IMG/VR virus record: IMGVR_UViG_3300025576_000001
Location: 1-64,000 of that record
Length of the DNA: 64,000 nucleotides
Source: a virus
Strand: one strand, 5' to 3'
Both the position numbers and the translations under genes were made by a program. Below are positions 9,972-18,652 of this stretch, piece after piece. Every line of letters begins with the position of its first letter. The first letter of the stretch is position 1. The notes beneath the pieces were generated by a model that saw nothing but the letters and a program-made list of their open reading frames with translations, searched no databases and was not told the origin of the DNA.

Positions 9972-10720
9972 AAAACCAAGAGTCACTTAAGACGCGCTTC
10001 TGGTCGAAGGTTAACAAAGAAGGCCCAGTTCCTATTCACGTTCCTGAACTTGGTCCGTGCTGGCTCTGGACAGGACACGTTACCGAAGATGGATATGGGC
10101 AGTTGCAAGTTGGGAGCAGGACGGATGGATCCCGACGGAAAGAACTAGCCCATCGGGTAGCGTGGTATTTTGCGCACGGACGGTGGCCGACCCCGTGTGG
10201 ATTGCACAAGTGCGACACCCGGGCCTGTGTGCGGTTGGAGCATATTTTTGAGGGGACGAACGCTGACAATGTGCGCGACCGCAATATCAAGCAGAGACAA
10301 TCGCGGGGAGAGGGCCGCCCAACGGCTAAACTGACCGAAGACAAAGCTCGCGAAATCATGCGCAGAAAGGCAGAGGGATGTACGACACGTGATCTGGCAA
10401 AAGAGTTCGGAGTCAGCAAAACCGTAGCCGCAAACGTCGGCCGTACCAGTTGGCTTCACGCTGCGGATCCCCAACTACTGCAGGGGATGGATAGATATAA
10501 GCGCCGTCGTGGCGCAGATCATAGTAATGCCAAGATCACAGAAGCGCAGGCCATGGAAATCCTCAGACGCAAAAAAGAAGGAGAGCGGAAGGCCACGCTA
10601 GCGCGCGAATTTGGCATCAGCGCCACCACGGTTGATCGCATCGGCAGAACGCAGTGGATTCATCTCCTTTCGAGACGAGACCACGCCGTTCCAACCGAAA
10701 CAAACACCTTGACACCATGA
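9968..10720 (+). CDS. HNH homing endonuclease with two C-terminal HTH repeats
   Basis: CWLWTG..GYG..AHRVAW..HKCDTRACVRLEH..GTNADN; two AKLTE..LAKEFGVS repeats; lower GC. Confidence 0.85.
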   Translation: MKNQESLKTRFWSKVNKEGPVPIHVPELGPCWLWTGHVTEDGYGQLQVGSRTDGSRRKELAHRVAWYFAHGRWPTPCGLHKCDTRACVRLEHIFEGTNADNVRDRNIKQRQSRGEGRPTAKLTEDKAREIMRRKAEGCTTRDLAKEFGVSKTVAANVGRTSWLHAADPQLLQGMDRYKRRRGADHSNAKITEAQAMEILRRKKEGERKATLAREFGISATTVDRIGRTQWIHLLSRRDHAVPTETNTLTP

Positions 10721-10744
10721 CAACTATGGTCTACCCTGGATTGT

Positions 10745-10954
10745 ATGAGCAAACGAAAGGGCCAAGCCGTTCGGCTGACCGACGAAGCGTACCGGAGGCT
10801 CCGCGCATTGCATAAGGCGATAGTGGCTCGGGGTTGGCAGGTGGTCGGCGTGACGAGCGACGAGACCCCCACGATGGCCAGCGTGAACGCCATGGCGATC
10901 GCACAGGTGAGCGACCTGGTGCCCGAGCTGGCAGCGGCCAAGAGGGAGGGCTGA
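10745..10954 (+). CDS. small DNA-binding (RHH-like) protein
   Basis: QAVRLTDEAYRRL pattern; TTGACA upstream. Confidence 0.45.
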   Translation: MSKRKGQAVRLTDEAYRRLRALHKAIVARGWQVVGVTSDETPTMASVNAMAIAQVSDLVPELAAAKREG

Positions 10955-10956
10955 GC

Positions 10957-11448
10957 ATGGGAACGATCACCTACGAAACTTCGGGGCAGCCATGGGCTTG
11001 TCCATGCCGGTCGGTAACGCGGACCTTCTACCCCACGGAGTTCGCATTCTGTCCCAACTGCGGCAAGAAGCAGCCTGAGCGGTTGCCCGAGGCCGGCGAC
11101 TGGGTGTGGGTCAAGGCTCAGGTGAAGGAAGTCGACCAGGTATTATCCCACGCACCCGGAGCCAGGTGGATCTCTGACACGGGTTCTGCGCCGACCCTCG
11201 ATCGCGAGGAGTACGAACGGCGCATCGCCAATCAGGCCAAGTTGCTCACCGAGCGGACGAATGAGCGCGATGACCTGAGAAAGACGCATGCACGGGCCAT
11301 GGCCCGCAACGCCGAGATTGTGACCGACTACCACAAGTTCGACGCCTACCTGAGCCGCATCTCCGACATCATCGACGAACGCTGCGACCTTTCCGTCATG
11401 ATGATGGCGATTCGCGAAGTGCTGAAAGAGTGGAAGGAGGCCCCCTAA
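10957..11448 (+). CDS. hypothetical protein (Zn ribbon + coiled coil)
   Basis: GGAGG RBS; CPC...CPNC. Confidence 0.55.
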   Translation: MGTITYETSGQPWACPCRSVTRTFYPTEFAFCPNCGKKQPERLPEAGDWVWVKAQVKEVDQVLSHAPGARWISDTGSAPTLDREEYERRIANQAKLLTERTNERDDLRKTHARAMARNAEIVTDYHKFDAYLSRISDIIDERCDLSVMMMAIREVLKEWKEAP

Positions 11449-11882
11449 TGGGCCACGACGCCAAGATCAAGCGCGCCCGCAACGAAGCCGGCTTCCTCCG
11501 CAAGCTGTTCGGTGGCCGCACGGACGCGCAGTCGCTCTGGCGGCGCACGGTCCTGCACGGAGCCACCTGCAATCACTGCCAGACCGCAAAGGCCATCGGA
11601 ACCATCAACATGTTTTGGCCCGCGGCCGACTTCCAGAAGGACCAGCCGAAGCTCGCCATCAAGTACGCGACCGAGTGCGGGGGTAGCATCCCGATCGTGA
11701 AGTTCCGCGTCTGCGGCGAGGAGCGCGCGTTCGTCGCCATGCCGGTGCTGTACTTCTGTGGGGCGTGCCAGTCCGAGATGGAGAAGTTCGCCGCGCACGC
11801 GCCCAGCTACGTGGTCAGCGAGGTCCGCACCGGGCCGGCGCCCGACAAGGTAATCATGCAGGTGAAGGGAGGATCGTCGTGA
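11448..11882 (+). CDS. hypothetical Zn-binding protein
   Basis: CNHC...CGAC; TAATG coupling. Confidence 0.6.
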   Translation: MGHDAKIKRARNEAGFLRKLFGGRTDAQSLWRRTVLHGATCNHCQTAKAIGTINMFWPAADFQKDQPKLAIKYATECGGSIPIVKFRVCGEERAFVAMPVLYFCGACQSEMEKFAAHAPSYVVSEVRTGPAPDKVIMQVKGGSS

Positions 11883-12475
11883 AGAATCTACTCGTCCTTG
11901 GTTTCCTCTTGGCGTCCTGCGTGGGGGCCATCAACGACCCGCCGCTCTTGCCCGATGCCGGCGCGACGAAGGCACAGACCCCCGACGTTCAACCGACGGC
12001 GCCTCAATGCGTGCCTGGCACCAGCGCGGCCTGCTCGTGCTCGACCGGCAGGACCGGAGCCCAGGTCTGCGGCGCGGCTGGGACGTTCGGCGTCTGCGCA
12101 TGTGAGGTCTCGACGACGGCCGCGACCACCAGCGTGACGACCAGCACGGTCACGACGCCAGATGCAGGGGCGCGGCCAGACTTGCGACCAGCTTCACCCG
12201 ACTCGCTCGTTGATCCGCTCCCGATCTGCCAGGGCGGCGGAATGCGGATCACCTGTGAGGACCCGTCTCAGATGGGCGGCTGGAACGACGCCGGGATCAT
12301 GCTTCCGCCCACGGACGCGAGCCCATCGCCGATGATGCCAGCACTCTGGTATTGCCTGTACGGGTTGCGATGCCCGGCGTGTTGGAACGCAGGGACGGGG
12401 GCTTACTCCATCCCAGCGGCCATCATCTGCGACGCCTCGACGGGTGGCGTTCCGGCGTGCGCGCCGTGCGACTGA
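11879..12475 (+). CDS. Cys-rich lipoprotein (myxobacterial style)
   Basis: MKNLLVLGFLLASC lipobox; CVPGTSAACSC..GAQVC module; PDAG linkers. Confidence 0.65.
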   Translation: MKNLLVLGFLLASCVGAINDPPLLPDAGATKAQTPDVQPTAPQCVPGTSAACSCSTGRTGAQVCGAAGTFGVCACEVSTTAATTSVTTSTVTTPDAGARPDLRPASPDSLVDPLPICQGGGMRITCEDPSQMGGWNDAGIMLPPTDASPSPMMPALWYCLYGLRCPACWNAGTGAYSIPAAIICDASTGGVPACAPCD

Positions 12476-12676
12476 GGACGCCATGACGAAAGGTGCGAGC
12501 GGAATGCTTGGCGCGGAAGCCTGCCGGCGTCGAGCTTGTCGTGTTGTGGAAAGACGACGGCTTACGCGGTCGTGCCCTAGCCGCCCACCGCGCGCACGTG
12601 CATCCTGACGGGACGGTTGTTCTCCCTGACTGCGCCGTGATGACGAAGCTCTACTGATTGGTGTACACTAGCCGCC

Positions 12677-13144
12677 ATGGGAAACGCCTCCGTCCAGTTC
12701 GCCAAGAGCCAGCAGCAGAAGAAGCAAGACCAGCACGACGACAAGCCCCGCTGGAACGCGCAAGAGAAACTCGCGCTGAAGAAGATGCGCCGGGAAGCCA
12801 AGGCCGCAGGCGCGACGCTGGAGAACAACGGAGAGGGTGGATTGCGCCCCAGCCTCGTTCTTGGAGTGTTCAGGCGCGACAAGTGGAGCTGCCGAAACGA
12901 AGACTGTCCCGCGCCGAAGAAGAACATCACGATCGATCACATCAGTGGGCACCCAGATGAGATCGCCGCCAACCCGAAGGCGCGACGACGGAAGGACTTG
13001 AAGCGCGGGATCGCCTTGGGGCACGTGAACGAGATGGACGCGCTTCACACGCTATGCGCTCGATGCCACGACGCGGTCCATGGGCGGGAGCGAGAAATCG
13101 ACTCAGGCAAGAAGCCCGAACCGATGCCGGGCGAAAAGCGATGA
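12677..13144 (+). CDS. HNH endonuclease (CxxC-type)
   Basis: VFRRDKWSC..C..TIDHI...LHTLCARCH. Confidence 0.75.
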   Translation: MGNASVQFAKSQQQKKQDQHDDKPRWNAQEKLALKKMRREAKAAGATLENNGEGGLRPSLVLGVFRRDKWSCRNEDCPAPKKNITIDHISGHPDEIAANPKARRRKDLKRGIALGHVNEMDALHTLCARCHDAVHGREREIDSGKKPEPMPGEKR

Positions 13145-13284
13145 TCCGCGAGGTCAGCAAGGGCCGCTTCCAACTCTGGACCTCCGATGGCAAGCGTCCA
13201 CTCGGCAAGGTCGGAAGCAAGAAGAACGCCGAGGCCCAGGAGCGAGCCATCAAGGCGCGGCAGGCGGCCAGCAAGGGGCGGTAG
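13141..13284 (+). CDS. small basic protein
   Basis: MIREVSKGRFQLWTSDGKRPLG; overlaps the upstream stop. Confidence 0.45.
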   Translation: MIREVSKGRFQLWTSDGKRPLGKVGSKKNAEAQERAIKARQAASKGR

Positions 13285-13287
13285 CCC

Positions 13288-14226
13288 GTGGCCGAGTCGC
13301 TGTATCAGGAAGTAGTCAGCGCGCACCGCCGCACGCTCGACCGCCTCATCGACCGCGGCTCAGTCGAGCGCCTGCGAGCTGTCTACATGAAAGCCACCGC
13401 AGAAGTCCTGGCGAAGCTCGAACGATTGGGGAAAGGTTCAACCAGTTTTTCTCACCATCACCTTCAGATGGCGCTGGCCCAATTGAAAGCCGGGCAACTC
13501 TATGTGGACGACCAGATGATCGGCGAACTGAACTCAGCCACCCGCGAGGCCCAAGTTGAATCGCTCCATATGCTCGTCAGAGATTATAAACGCCTTGAAA
13601 AGCACTTCACGGGTCACGCGCCCGTCCTGCCAATTGAGGAGGCGGCGCGGTTCGCCGGCGTGATCGACAAGAGCCGCAGTTCGCTCCTGCGCCAGCACGC
13701 GACCAGTATCAAGCGGTACGGCGCGGCCGTCATTGACCAGACCCAGGAGGCGATGTCGGTGTCGCTGGCATCAGGCGAGACGCTGGACGGAACGATCGCC
13801 AGCGTACACAAGGTCATCGGCGGGAACTTCTGGCGAGCCGAGATGGTGGCGCGTACGGAGTGCGCGTTCGGAGCCAACGTGGCTCACAGTGACGGCATCA
13901 AAGAGATCGCACAAGAAGACCCCGCAATCCTCCAGCAGTGGGTGGAGTTCTGTGGGCCAGACGGAAAGCCCCTCGACGCTCGCGTGGCAGTGGACAGCAT
14001 CGCGATTCACGGCCAGGTGACGGACCCCGGCGGAGAGTTCACGATGCCGGAGACCGCTCCCTTTCCAGACGCCAAAGGACGAACGAAGGTTGACGACTCC
14101 TTGGTGGGCAAATCGTGGGCGGTGCCACCGTGCCGGCCCAATGGACGAGAGACCGTACTGCCATGGAAGAAGGAATGGAAGACGCCGGGCTGGCGCTACA
14201 AGAACGGCCGGCGTGTTCCCGCCTAG
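13288..14226 (+). CDS. MuF-like minor head morphogenesis protein
   Basis: RAEMVARTE motif, IHGQ, PPCRPNGR (variant of PPxHPNCR). Confidence 0.8.
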   Translation: MAESLYQEVVSAHRRTLDRLIDRGSVERLRAVYMKATAEVLAKLERLGKGSTSFSHHHLQMALAQLKAGQLYVDDQMIGELNSATREAQVESLHMLVRDYKRLEKHFTGHAPVLPIEEAARFAGVIDKSRSSLLRQHATSIKRYGAAVIDQTQEAMSVSLASGETLDGTIASVHKVIGGNFWRAEMVARTECAFGANVAHSDGIKEIAQEDPAILQQWVEFCGPDGKPLDARVAVDSIAIHGQVTDPGGEFTMPETAPFPDAKGRTKVDDSLVGKSWAVPPCRPNGRETVLPWKKEWKTPGWRYKNGRRVPA

Positions 14227-15494
14227 CCGCGCAAGTGGTGGTAGATCCCAGCCTCCGGGTTCTCCCCGGGCTTGATGTCCTGGCGAATCTCGACCGGCGG
14301 CTCGTGAGGTCCGTCGTAGAACATCGAGTAATCCCTGAACGCTCGCCCCAGCATCTTGCGTTCGGTGGCCGGGCCGGCGTCGAGCCAGTCGGCGCCCGCC
14401 TTGAGCTTACCGGCCCGCAGCCGCAGCAGTGACTCGAAGTACTCCTCGTAGGCGGCACCCACGCGCTCGAAGTTGTTGTTGCGCTCGACCCAGGCGCGGC
14501 ACGTGAACGGGTCGATTCTGTCGGCATTGCGGGCCGCCCACACGTACTCGTCGAAGGTGTTACAGCGCCAGCCGGTGTACCCGTGAACGACCGTCTCGGT
14601 GAAGCCGCCGAAGTCACTAGAGATCACGGGGCACCCAGACGCCATCGCTTCGAGCGCGACTGCGCCGAGCGGTTCCACGTAGCGAGTAGGCGACAGCAAC
14701 GCCTTCGCGGATCGCATGAGTTCGCGACGCACCTTCAGCGACGAGATGCCGGCGTACTTGGCGCCCTGGGGCCACTCGGCCACGAACGGGGAAGCATCGC
14801 CGCGGCCCGTGAGGATGATGGGCGTCTGGAGTTCCCGCGCGACCTGCACGGCGATGCGGACCCCCTTGGGCTCCAGCATGCGCGTCTGCACCAGGAAGAA
14901 GTCTTGCTTGTCCCTTGTCGGCACGACCGGGCCGAACAGGTCCAGGTTGAGCCCCAGCGGAATGACCTGCCTGTACCACTTGTCGCCGCCCCAGTTGCCC
15001 TCGAGGCCCTCGTGGAAGTGCCGCCAAGCGTTCGACAGATACACGCGGAACGGTGAGACGGCCTTCGGGTAGCCGATCCCGACCTCCACCACGATCTGCG
15101 GCAGGTCCTTGATGGCGGGCTCGTAGGGGCAGAGCGTCGCCACGATAGAGCTGTAGGGCTCGCCCCCGCGGGCCAGGACGATCTGGCGGACCTTCGCCGC
15201 GAAGTCGTTCCAGTGCTTCCCGTAGGCGTGGTCGATCGACAGGATGAACGGCTCCAGCGGCCCACGCGACCCGTACAGTACGCGCCAGACCTCCTCGCTG
15301 GCGCCGTCGACGTGCTCGACCCCGGCGGGCACCACGCTCCCAGGCATTCCGATGTGGATGACCTCGTGGCCGCGGTCCACCATCATCTTGGCGAAGTACC
15401 AGAGTTGCTCGGTGAACGGGCAGACGTTGACCAGGTCCTCGTCGCGAGGATCGATGGTCTGTGTATGGGCGAAACCTGTTACAAAAATTCGCAT
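14223..15494 (-). CDS. GT-B glycosyltransferase (family 4-like)
   Basis: RMLEPKG and EPLGAVALEAMASGCPVISSDFGGFTETV motifs. Confidence 0.9.
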   Translation of the reverse strand: MRIFVTGFAHTQTIDPRDEDLVNVCPFTEQLWYFAKMMVDRGHEVIHIGMPGSVVPAGVEHVDGASEEVWRVLYGSRGPLEPFILSIDHAYGKHWNDFAAKVRQIVLARGGEPYSSIVATLCPYEPAIKDLPQIVVEVGIGYPKAVSPFRVYLSNAWRHFHEGLEGNWGGDKWYRQVIPLGLNLDLFGPVVPTRDKQDFFLVQTRMLEPKGVRIAVQVARELQTPIILTGRGDASPFVAEWPQGAKYAGISSLKVRRELMRSAKALLSPTRYVEPLGAVALEAMASGCPVISSDFGGFTETVVHGYTGWRCNTFDEYVWAARNADRIDPFTCRAWVERNNNFERVGAAYEEYFESLLRLRAGKLKAGADWLDAGPATERKMLGRAFRDYSMFYDGPHEPPVEIRQDIKPGENPEAGIYHHLRG

Positions 15495-15497
15495 GAG

Positions 15498-15689
15498 TTA
15501 CCCCTTGAATCCCGGTGGCCTGCCCTGCCACGCCGGCTCGGGTGCCGGTGGCAGCGTGTCGCCGTCGTCCGGCATCGGGCAGGGCAAGACGATCATGCTG
15601 ACCTTCTTCGCCCGGGCGTCGGCCTTGTCCCGATCCGACCAGACCGAATCGACGGCGTTGCAGCAGTGGACGACATAGACGGTCTTCAA
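15498..15689 (-). CDS. hypothetical protein
   Basis: 63-aa ORF coupled between neighbours. Confidence 0.45.
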   Translation of the reverse strand: MKTVYVVHCCNAVDSVWSDRDKADARAKKVSMIVLPCPMPDDGDTLPPAPEPAWQGRPPGFKG

Positions 15690-16315
15690 TGCTCGGTGTC
15701 TTTCTTATAAGGATTTTCGCATCCGGCTTCCGACGCAAACGCGAAAAACTTCTTGCTGCGCGAGGGATGACGTAGCTTGCGCAGGGCCATCTCTTGGATC
15801 TGGCGAATCCTCTCCGGGCTCTTACCTAGTGATACGCCTATTTCGTCCAATGTTTTGTCTGCATCTCCGCCAAGCCCAAACCGTTCCGTAAGGACTTCGC
15901 TCTCAATCGGACTCAAGCTCATCAGAGCCTCGCCCATTAGACCCTCTAGCTGCTTGCGTTCCATTTCAAACTGCGGACCAAGTGCATCTCGCCTGAGCGA
16001 GTCTGGAATCAGCGCTCTTATTTCCTCAGCGTCGAATGAGCGCTCTGCCATTGGCTTGTCCACGGCCAGCACCACTTCTGGAAACAGATCCTCGGGCAGA
16101 ACTCGGTAGAACTTCGCCAGCAACTGCGCACTCGGGCACCATCCGCTTTTGTCTTTCTTACTGGTGGGGGTACACCTGAGATTCTCCAGACTGACGTATA
16201 CGCCATACGACATCCCAACTTTCTCGGACAGTTCGATCGTGCTGAGCCCGAGCGCTTCCCGCCTTGCCTTCAGCAAGTTGTTCTGAAGCTTCACGACCAT
16301 ACGAATCGCTTTCAT
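15686..16315 (-). CDS. XRE-HTH fused to sigma70 region 4
   Basis: LLKARREALGLSTIELSEKVGMS..SLEN; VLTERFGL..TLDEIG...ERIRQIQEMALRKLRHPSRS matches group-1 sigma region 4. Confidence 0.8.
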   Translation of the reverse strand: MKAIRMVVKLQNNLLKARREALGLSTIELSEKVGMSYGVYVSLENLRCTPTSKKDKSGWCPSAQLLAKFYRVLPEDLFPEVVLAVDKPMAERSFDAEEIRALIPDSLRRDALGPQFEMERKQLEGLMGEALMSLSPIESEVLTERFGLGGDADKTLDEIGVSLGKSPERIRQIQEMALRKLRHPSRSKKFFAFASEAGCENPYKKDTEH

Positions 16316-16364
16316 CGGGTTTTCGGGGCGGAAACCCCGTCCTTTAGGGCGGGGAGGAAGTCAA
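16316..16364 (+). mobile_element. 49-bp collapsed IS200/IS605-derived element
   Basis: TCAT|cgggttttcggggcggaaaccccgtcctttagggcggggaggaagTCAA; same hairpin and TCAA end as the TnpB element at 53002. Confidence 0.7.
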
Positions 16365-17065
16365 GGTAGGCACACGATGTCGTATTCCCGCTTGCCGTCG
16401 TAGGGGTTGAACGGAACCCCCGTGCGGATGTCATGGCAGCGCGGGTACTCCAGCCAGCACAGTTCCCGGTGTAGCCCCGCGATGGATGAGCCCGCGGCCT
16501 CCAGGGCGGCGCCGTTGACCTCGATGACCATGATGGGCCGGAACCGCAGGATCGTCATGCGGGCGCCCCGCAGTGCCCGAACCTCGTGCCCCTCGACGTC
16601 CCACTTGATGAGCGCGGGCGAAATCCCCAGGCGATCCAGCGGCAGCACCATGATCGGGACGTTGCCACCGGCCTTGATGCGGCTCGCTCCCACGTTGGGG
16701 TCTCGGGCGATTTCCGCAGTGCCTATGTGGTCGGAGAGTCCGGTCTGGTAGAGCTTCACGCTGGGCAGCTCCCCGCAATTGTGCTGGAGGCACGCGAACG
16801 ACTCGGGCTGCGGCTCGAACGCATGGACAACGCCGGCCTTGGTGGCGTAGGCGGCCGTGTGGTCGCCGAGACTCGCGCCCGCATCGACCACCACGCCGCC
16901 CTCGGGCATCAGGTCCATCACGAGCGGGATGAGACCGCACATGTCGGCGTCGAGTCGGTGTTCCTGCTCGATCCACCGGCTCAGGTGCGTGTCTTCCTTC
17001 AGGACGGCGATCTGTTGCTCGCCTTCGAGGCCGGGGATTGTGCCGGTGGTGTGGATGATGGTCAC
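16361..17065 (-). CDS. FkbM-family methyltransferase
   Basis: VVDAGASLG, HAFEPQP, IKWDVEGHE motifs. Confidence 0.9.
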   Translation of the reverse strand: MTIIHTTGTIPGLEGEQQIAVLKEDTHLSRWIEQEHRLDADMCGLIPLVMDLMPEGGVVVDAGASLGDHTAAYATKAGVVHAFEPQPESFACLQHNCGELPSVKLYQTGLSDHIGTAEIARDPNVGASRIKAGGNVPIMVLPLDRLGISPALIKWDVEGHEVRALRGARMTILRFRPIMVIEVNGAALEAAGSSIAGLHRELCWLEYPRCHDIRTGVPFNPYDGKREYDIVCLP

Positions 17066-17280
17066 GGAGACTTCCCCGCCGCGTCCCGCTCGGTCAGCAT
17101 CTTCTCCAGCAGCAGCGCGGTCCCCGCGTGAATCAGCGATCCCTGGGCGGCACGCTCTATCGAGTGCCGGCAGAGAGGCTTCAGGTGCCGGGCCGCTTGG
17201 CAGATGCCCTGATCGTCGATGATGGCCTTGAGCCTCGCCTGGTGCTCGGGCTTGAGCGCGACCGTGTTTTTCTGCTTCAT
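17062..17280 (-). CDS. small putative regulator
   Basis: MKQKNTVALKPEHQARLKAII; first gene of the inverted cassette. Confidence 0.45.
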   Translation of the reverse strand: MKQKNTVALKPEHQARLKAIIDDQGICQAARHLKPLCRHSIERAAQGSLIHAGTALLLEKMLTERDAAGKSP

Positions 17281-17321
17281 GCCCGCCACGGTATCACAAT
17301 CCGCAGCCAATAGACAACATG

Positions 17322-17342
17322 CAACAAACACCATGTTTGTTG
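17322..17342. promoter_or_regulatory. palindromic operator in divergent intergenic region
   Basis: CAACAAACA-cca-TGTTTGTTG perfect 9-bp inverted repeat. Confidence 0.5.
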
Positions 17343-17422
17343 GTGGCTGAAATCGTGAGGTAGCTTACTCGTGATACGCTGCCAGTCTGACCAAGTTGTG
17401 TTACCCGTAAAGGTACACGACC

Positions 17423-17971
17423 ATGGCCAGCCAAGTAGATCCGAAGAAACTCCAGGACCTATTGAAAAACTCCCAGACGTCGGTGCCCGAGCCCGACGAC
17501 GAGGAGGACGAGCCGGGAGGCACGACGGACGAAGCGGCTGGCGGCGACGAGGAAGAGACCGACGACGAGGAGCCCGAAAAGGAAGAGGCCACCGTCGAGT
17601 CGATCGCCGAGGACCTGAAGCCCGCCGTCGCGACCATCAACGAGATCATCGACGAGTTCCGCACCGGCACCGACGCGCAGCCCAAGGCGGGTGTCGAGCA
17701 GCTCGAAGAGGAACTGGACGCCGAGACGATTCACGACTTCTGCGCCTGGACCGACGAGGCCGGCAAGAAGGACTTCCGGGCGTTGGGCGAGCAGCTCGAC
17801 CTCGAAGACGTCGACGGTTTCGTGGGCTGGTGCCGCGCAGTTCGCAAGATGGAAGAGGAAGGCACCGGCGAAGGTGGAGGCGACGAGGAAGAGGTCGAGA
17901 CGGAGCCCGGGGGTGACGAAGGTGGTGGCGGAGACGAGAACGAAGCCGTCGAGACACCCGAGGACGAGTGA
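17423..17971 (+). CDS. highly acidic protein
   Basis: D/E-rich termini around a helical core. Confidence 0.7.
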   Translation: MASQVDPKKLQDLLKNSQTSVPEPDDEEDEPGGTTDEAAGGDEEETDDEEPEKEEATVESIAEDLKPAVATINEIIDEFRTGTDAQPKAGVEQLEEELDAETIHDFCAWTDEAGKKDFRALGEQLDLEDVDGFVGWCRAVRKMEEEGTGEGGGDEEEVETEPGGDEGGGGDENEAVETPEDE

Positions 17972-18222
17972 TGCCAGGCAACCTCAAGCGCCCCCAGGCC
18001 GAGCCCGCCATCGGGACCGTCAACACGGATTTGTCGCGGACCCAGGCGCCCGCCGATCCGCGATTCGTTCGCGACGACGAAGCGCTGCCGCCACCGGACG
18101 CCACGGGGCTCTCGGCCAGCGGTGGCAAGGTCGTGGCCAAGACGCCATCGCTCCCGAGCGACCTCGCGGGATACCCGAGAAACAAGCCGGCGTTCGTCGC
18201 GACGCCGAGAAAGCGCACCTGA
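17968..18222 (+). CDS. small Pro-rich protein
   Basis: ORF coupled to the upstream stop. Confidence 0.5.
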   Translation: MMPGNLKRPQAEPAIGTVNTDLSRTQAPADPRFVRDDEALPPPDATGLSASGGKVVAKTPSLPSDLAGYPRNKPAFVATPRKRT

Positions 18223-18223
18223 G

Positions 18224-18442
18224 ATGAGCACGCAAGCCATGTCCCCGGGCCGGCGCAAGGCGCTCGCGCTTTCGGGATCGAAGATTCGCCCGGACGTTCA
18301 GTACGCGGCACCCGACGGCCATCCGATGGGACCGGGCGTGCCGGTGCAACTGGCCACCAAAGTCGAAAAACCTTTGCTCGAAACCGGGAGCACCAAAGCC
18401 CCCGCGGCCGAGCGTCGTTTGCCGTTCGCGGCGCGAAAGTAA
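18224..18442 (+). CDS. small hypothetical protein
   Basis: MSTQAMSPG, 1 nt after the previous stop. Confidence 0.45.
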   Translation: MSTQAMSPGRRKALALSGSKIRPDVQYAAPDGHPMGPGVPVQLATKVEKPLLETGSTKAPAAERRLPFAARK

Positions 18443-18459
18443 CCACCGAGGAGAACCCC

Positions 18460-18612
18460 ATGTCCGAGATCAAAGACCCCGTGAAAGAGTACGACGCCCA
18501 GCACGGCACCCCCAAGGGCGAGACGCCGTTGGAGCCCGACACGGCTTCGACCGCGATGCCGACCAACGAAAAACCGTTCCCGTTCAAGTCCACGTCCGGC
18601 GGCGCTTCGTAG
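18460..18612 (+). CDS. small hypothetical protein
   Basis: GAGGAG RBS; MSEIKDPVKEYDAQHG...; below the ORF track cutoff. Confidence 0.55.
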   Translation: MSEIKDPVKEYDAQHGTPKGETPLEPDTASTAMPTNEKPFPFKSTSGGAS

Positions 18613-18652
18613 TCGCGGGCTGGAACCATCACACCCTTCAGGAGAAGAACCA

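Noticed and set aside
12483-12657. Non-coding gap or ncRNA
   Set aside because: Removing one A gives a plausible ORF, MTKVRAECLARKPAGVELVVLW...KLY*
15686-16364. RNA-guided sigma-factor system (dead TnpB/Cas12f plus sigma)
   Set aside because: Only a 49-bp end hairpin is adjacent, too short for a guide scaffold; the only TnpB is 37 kb away and catalytically intact
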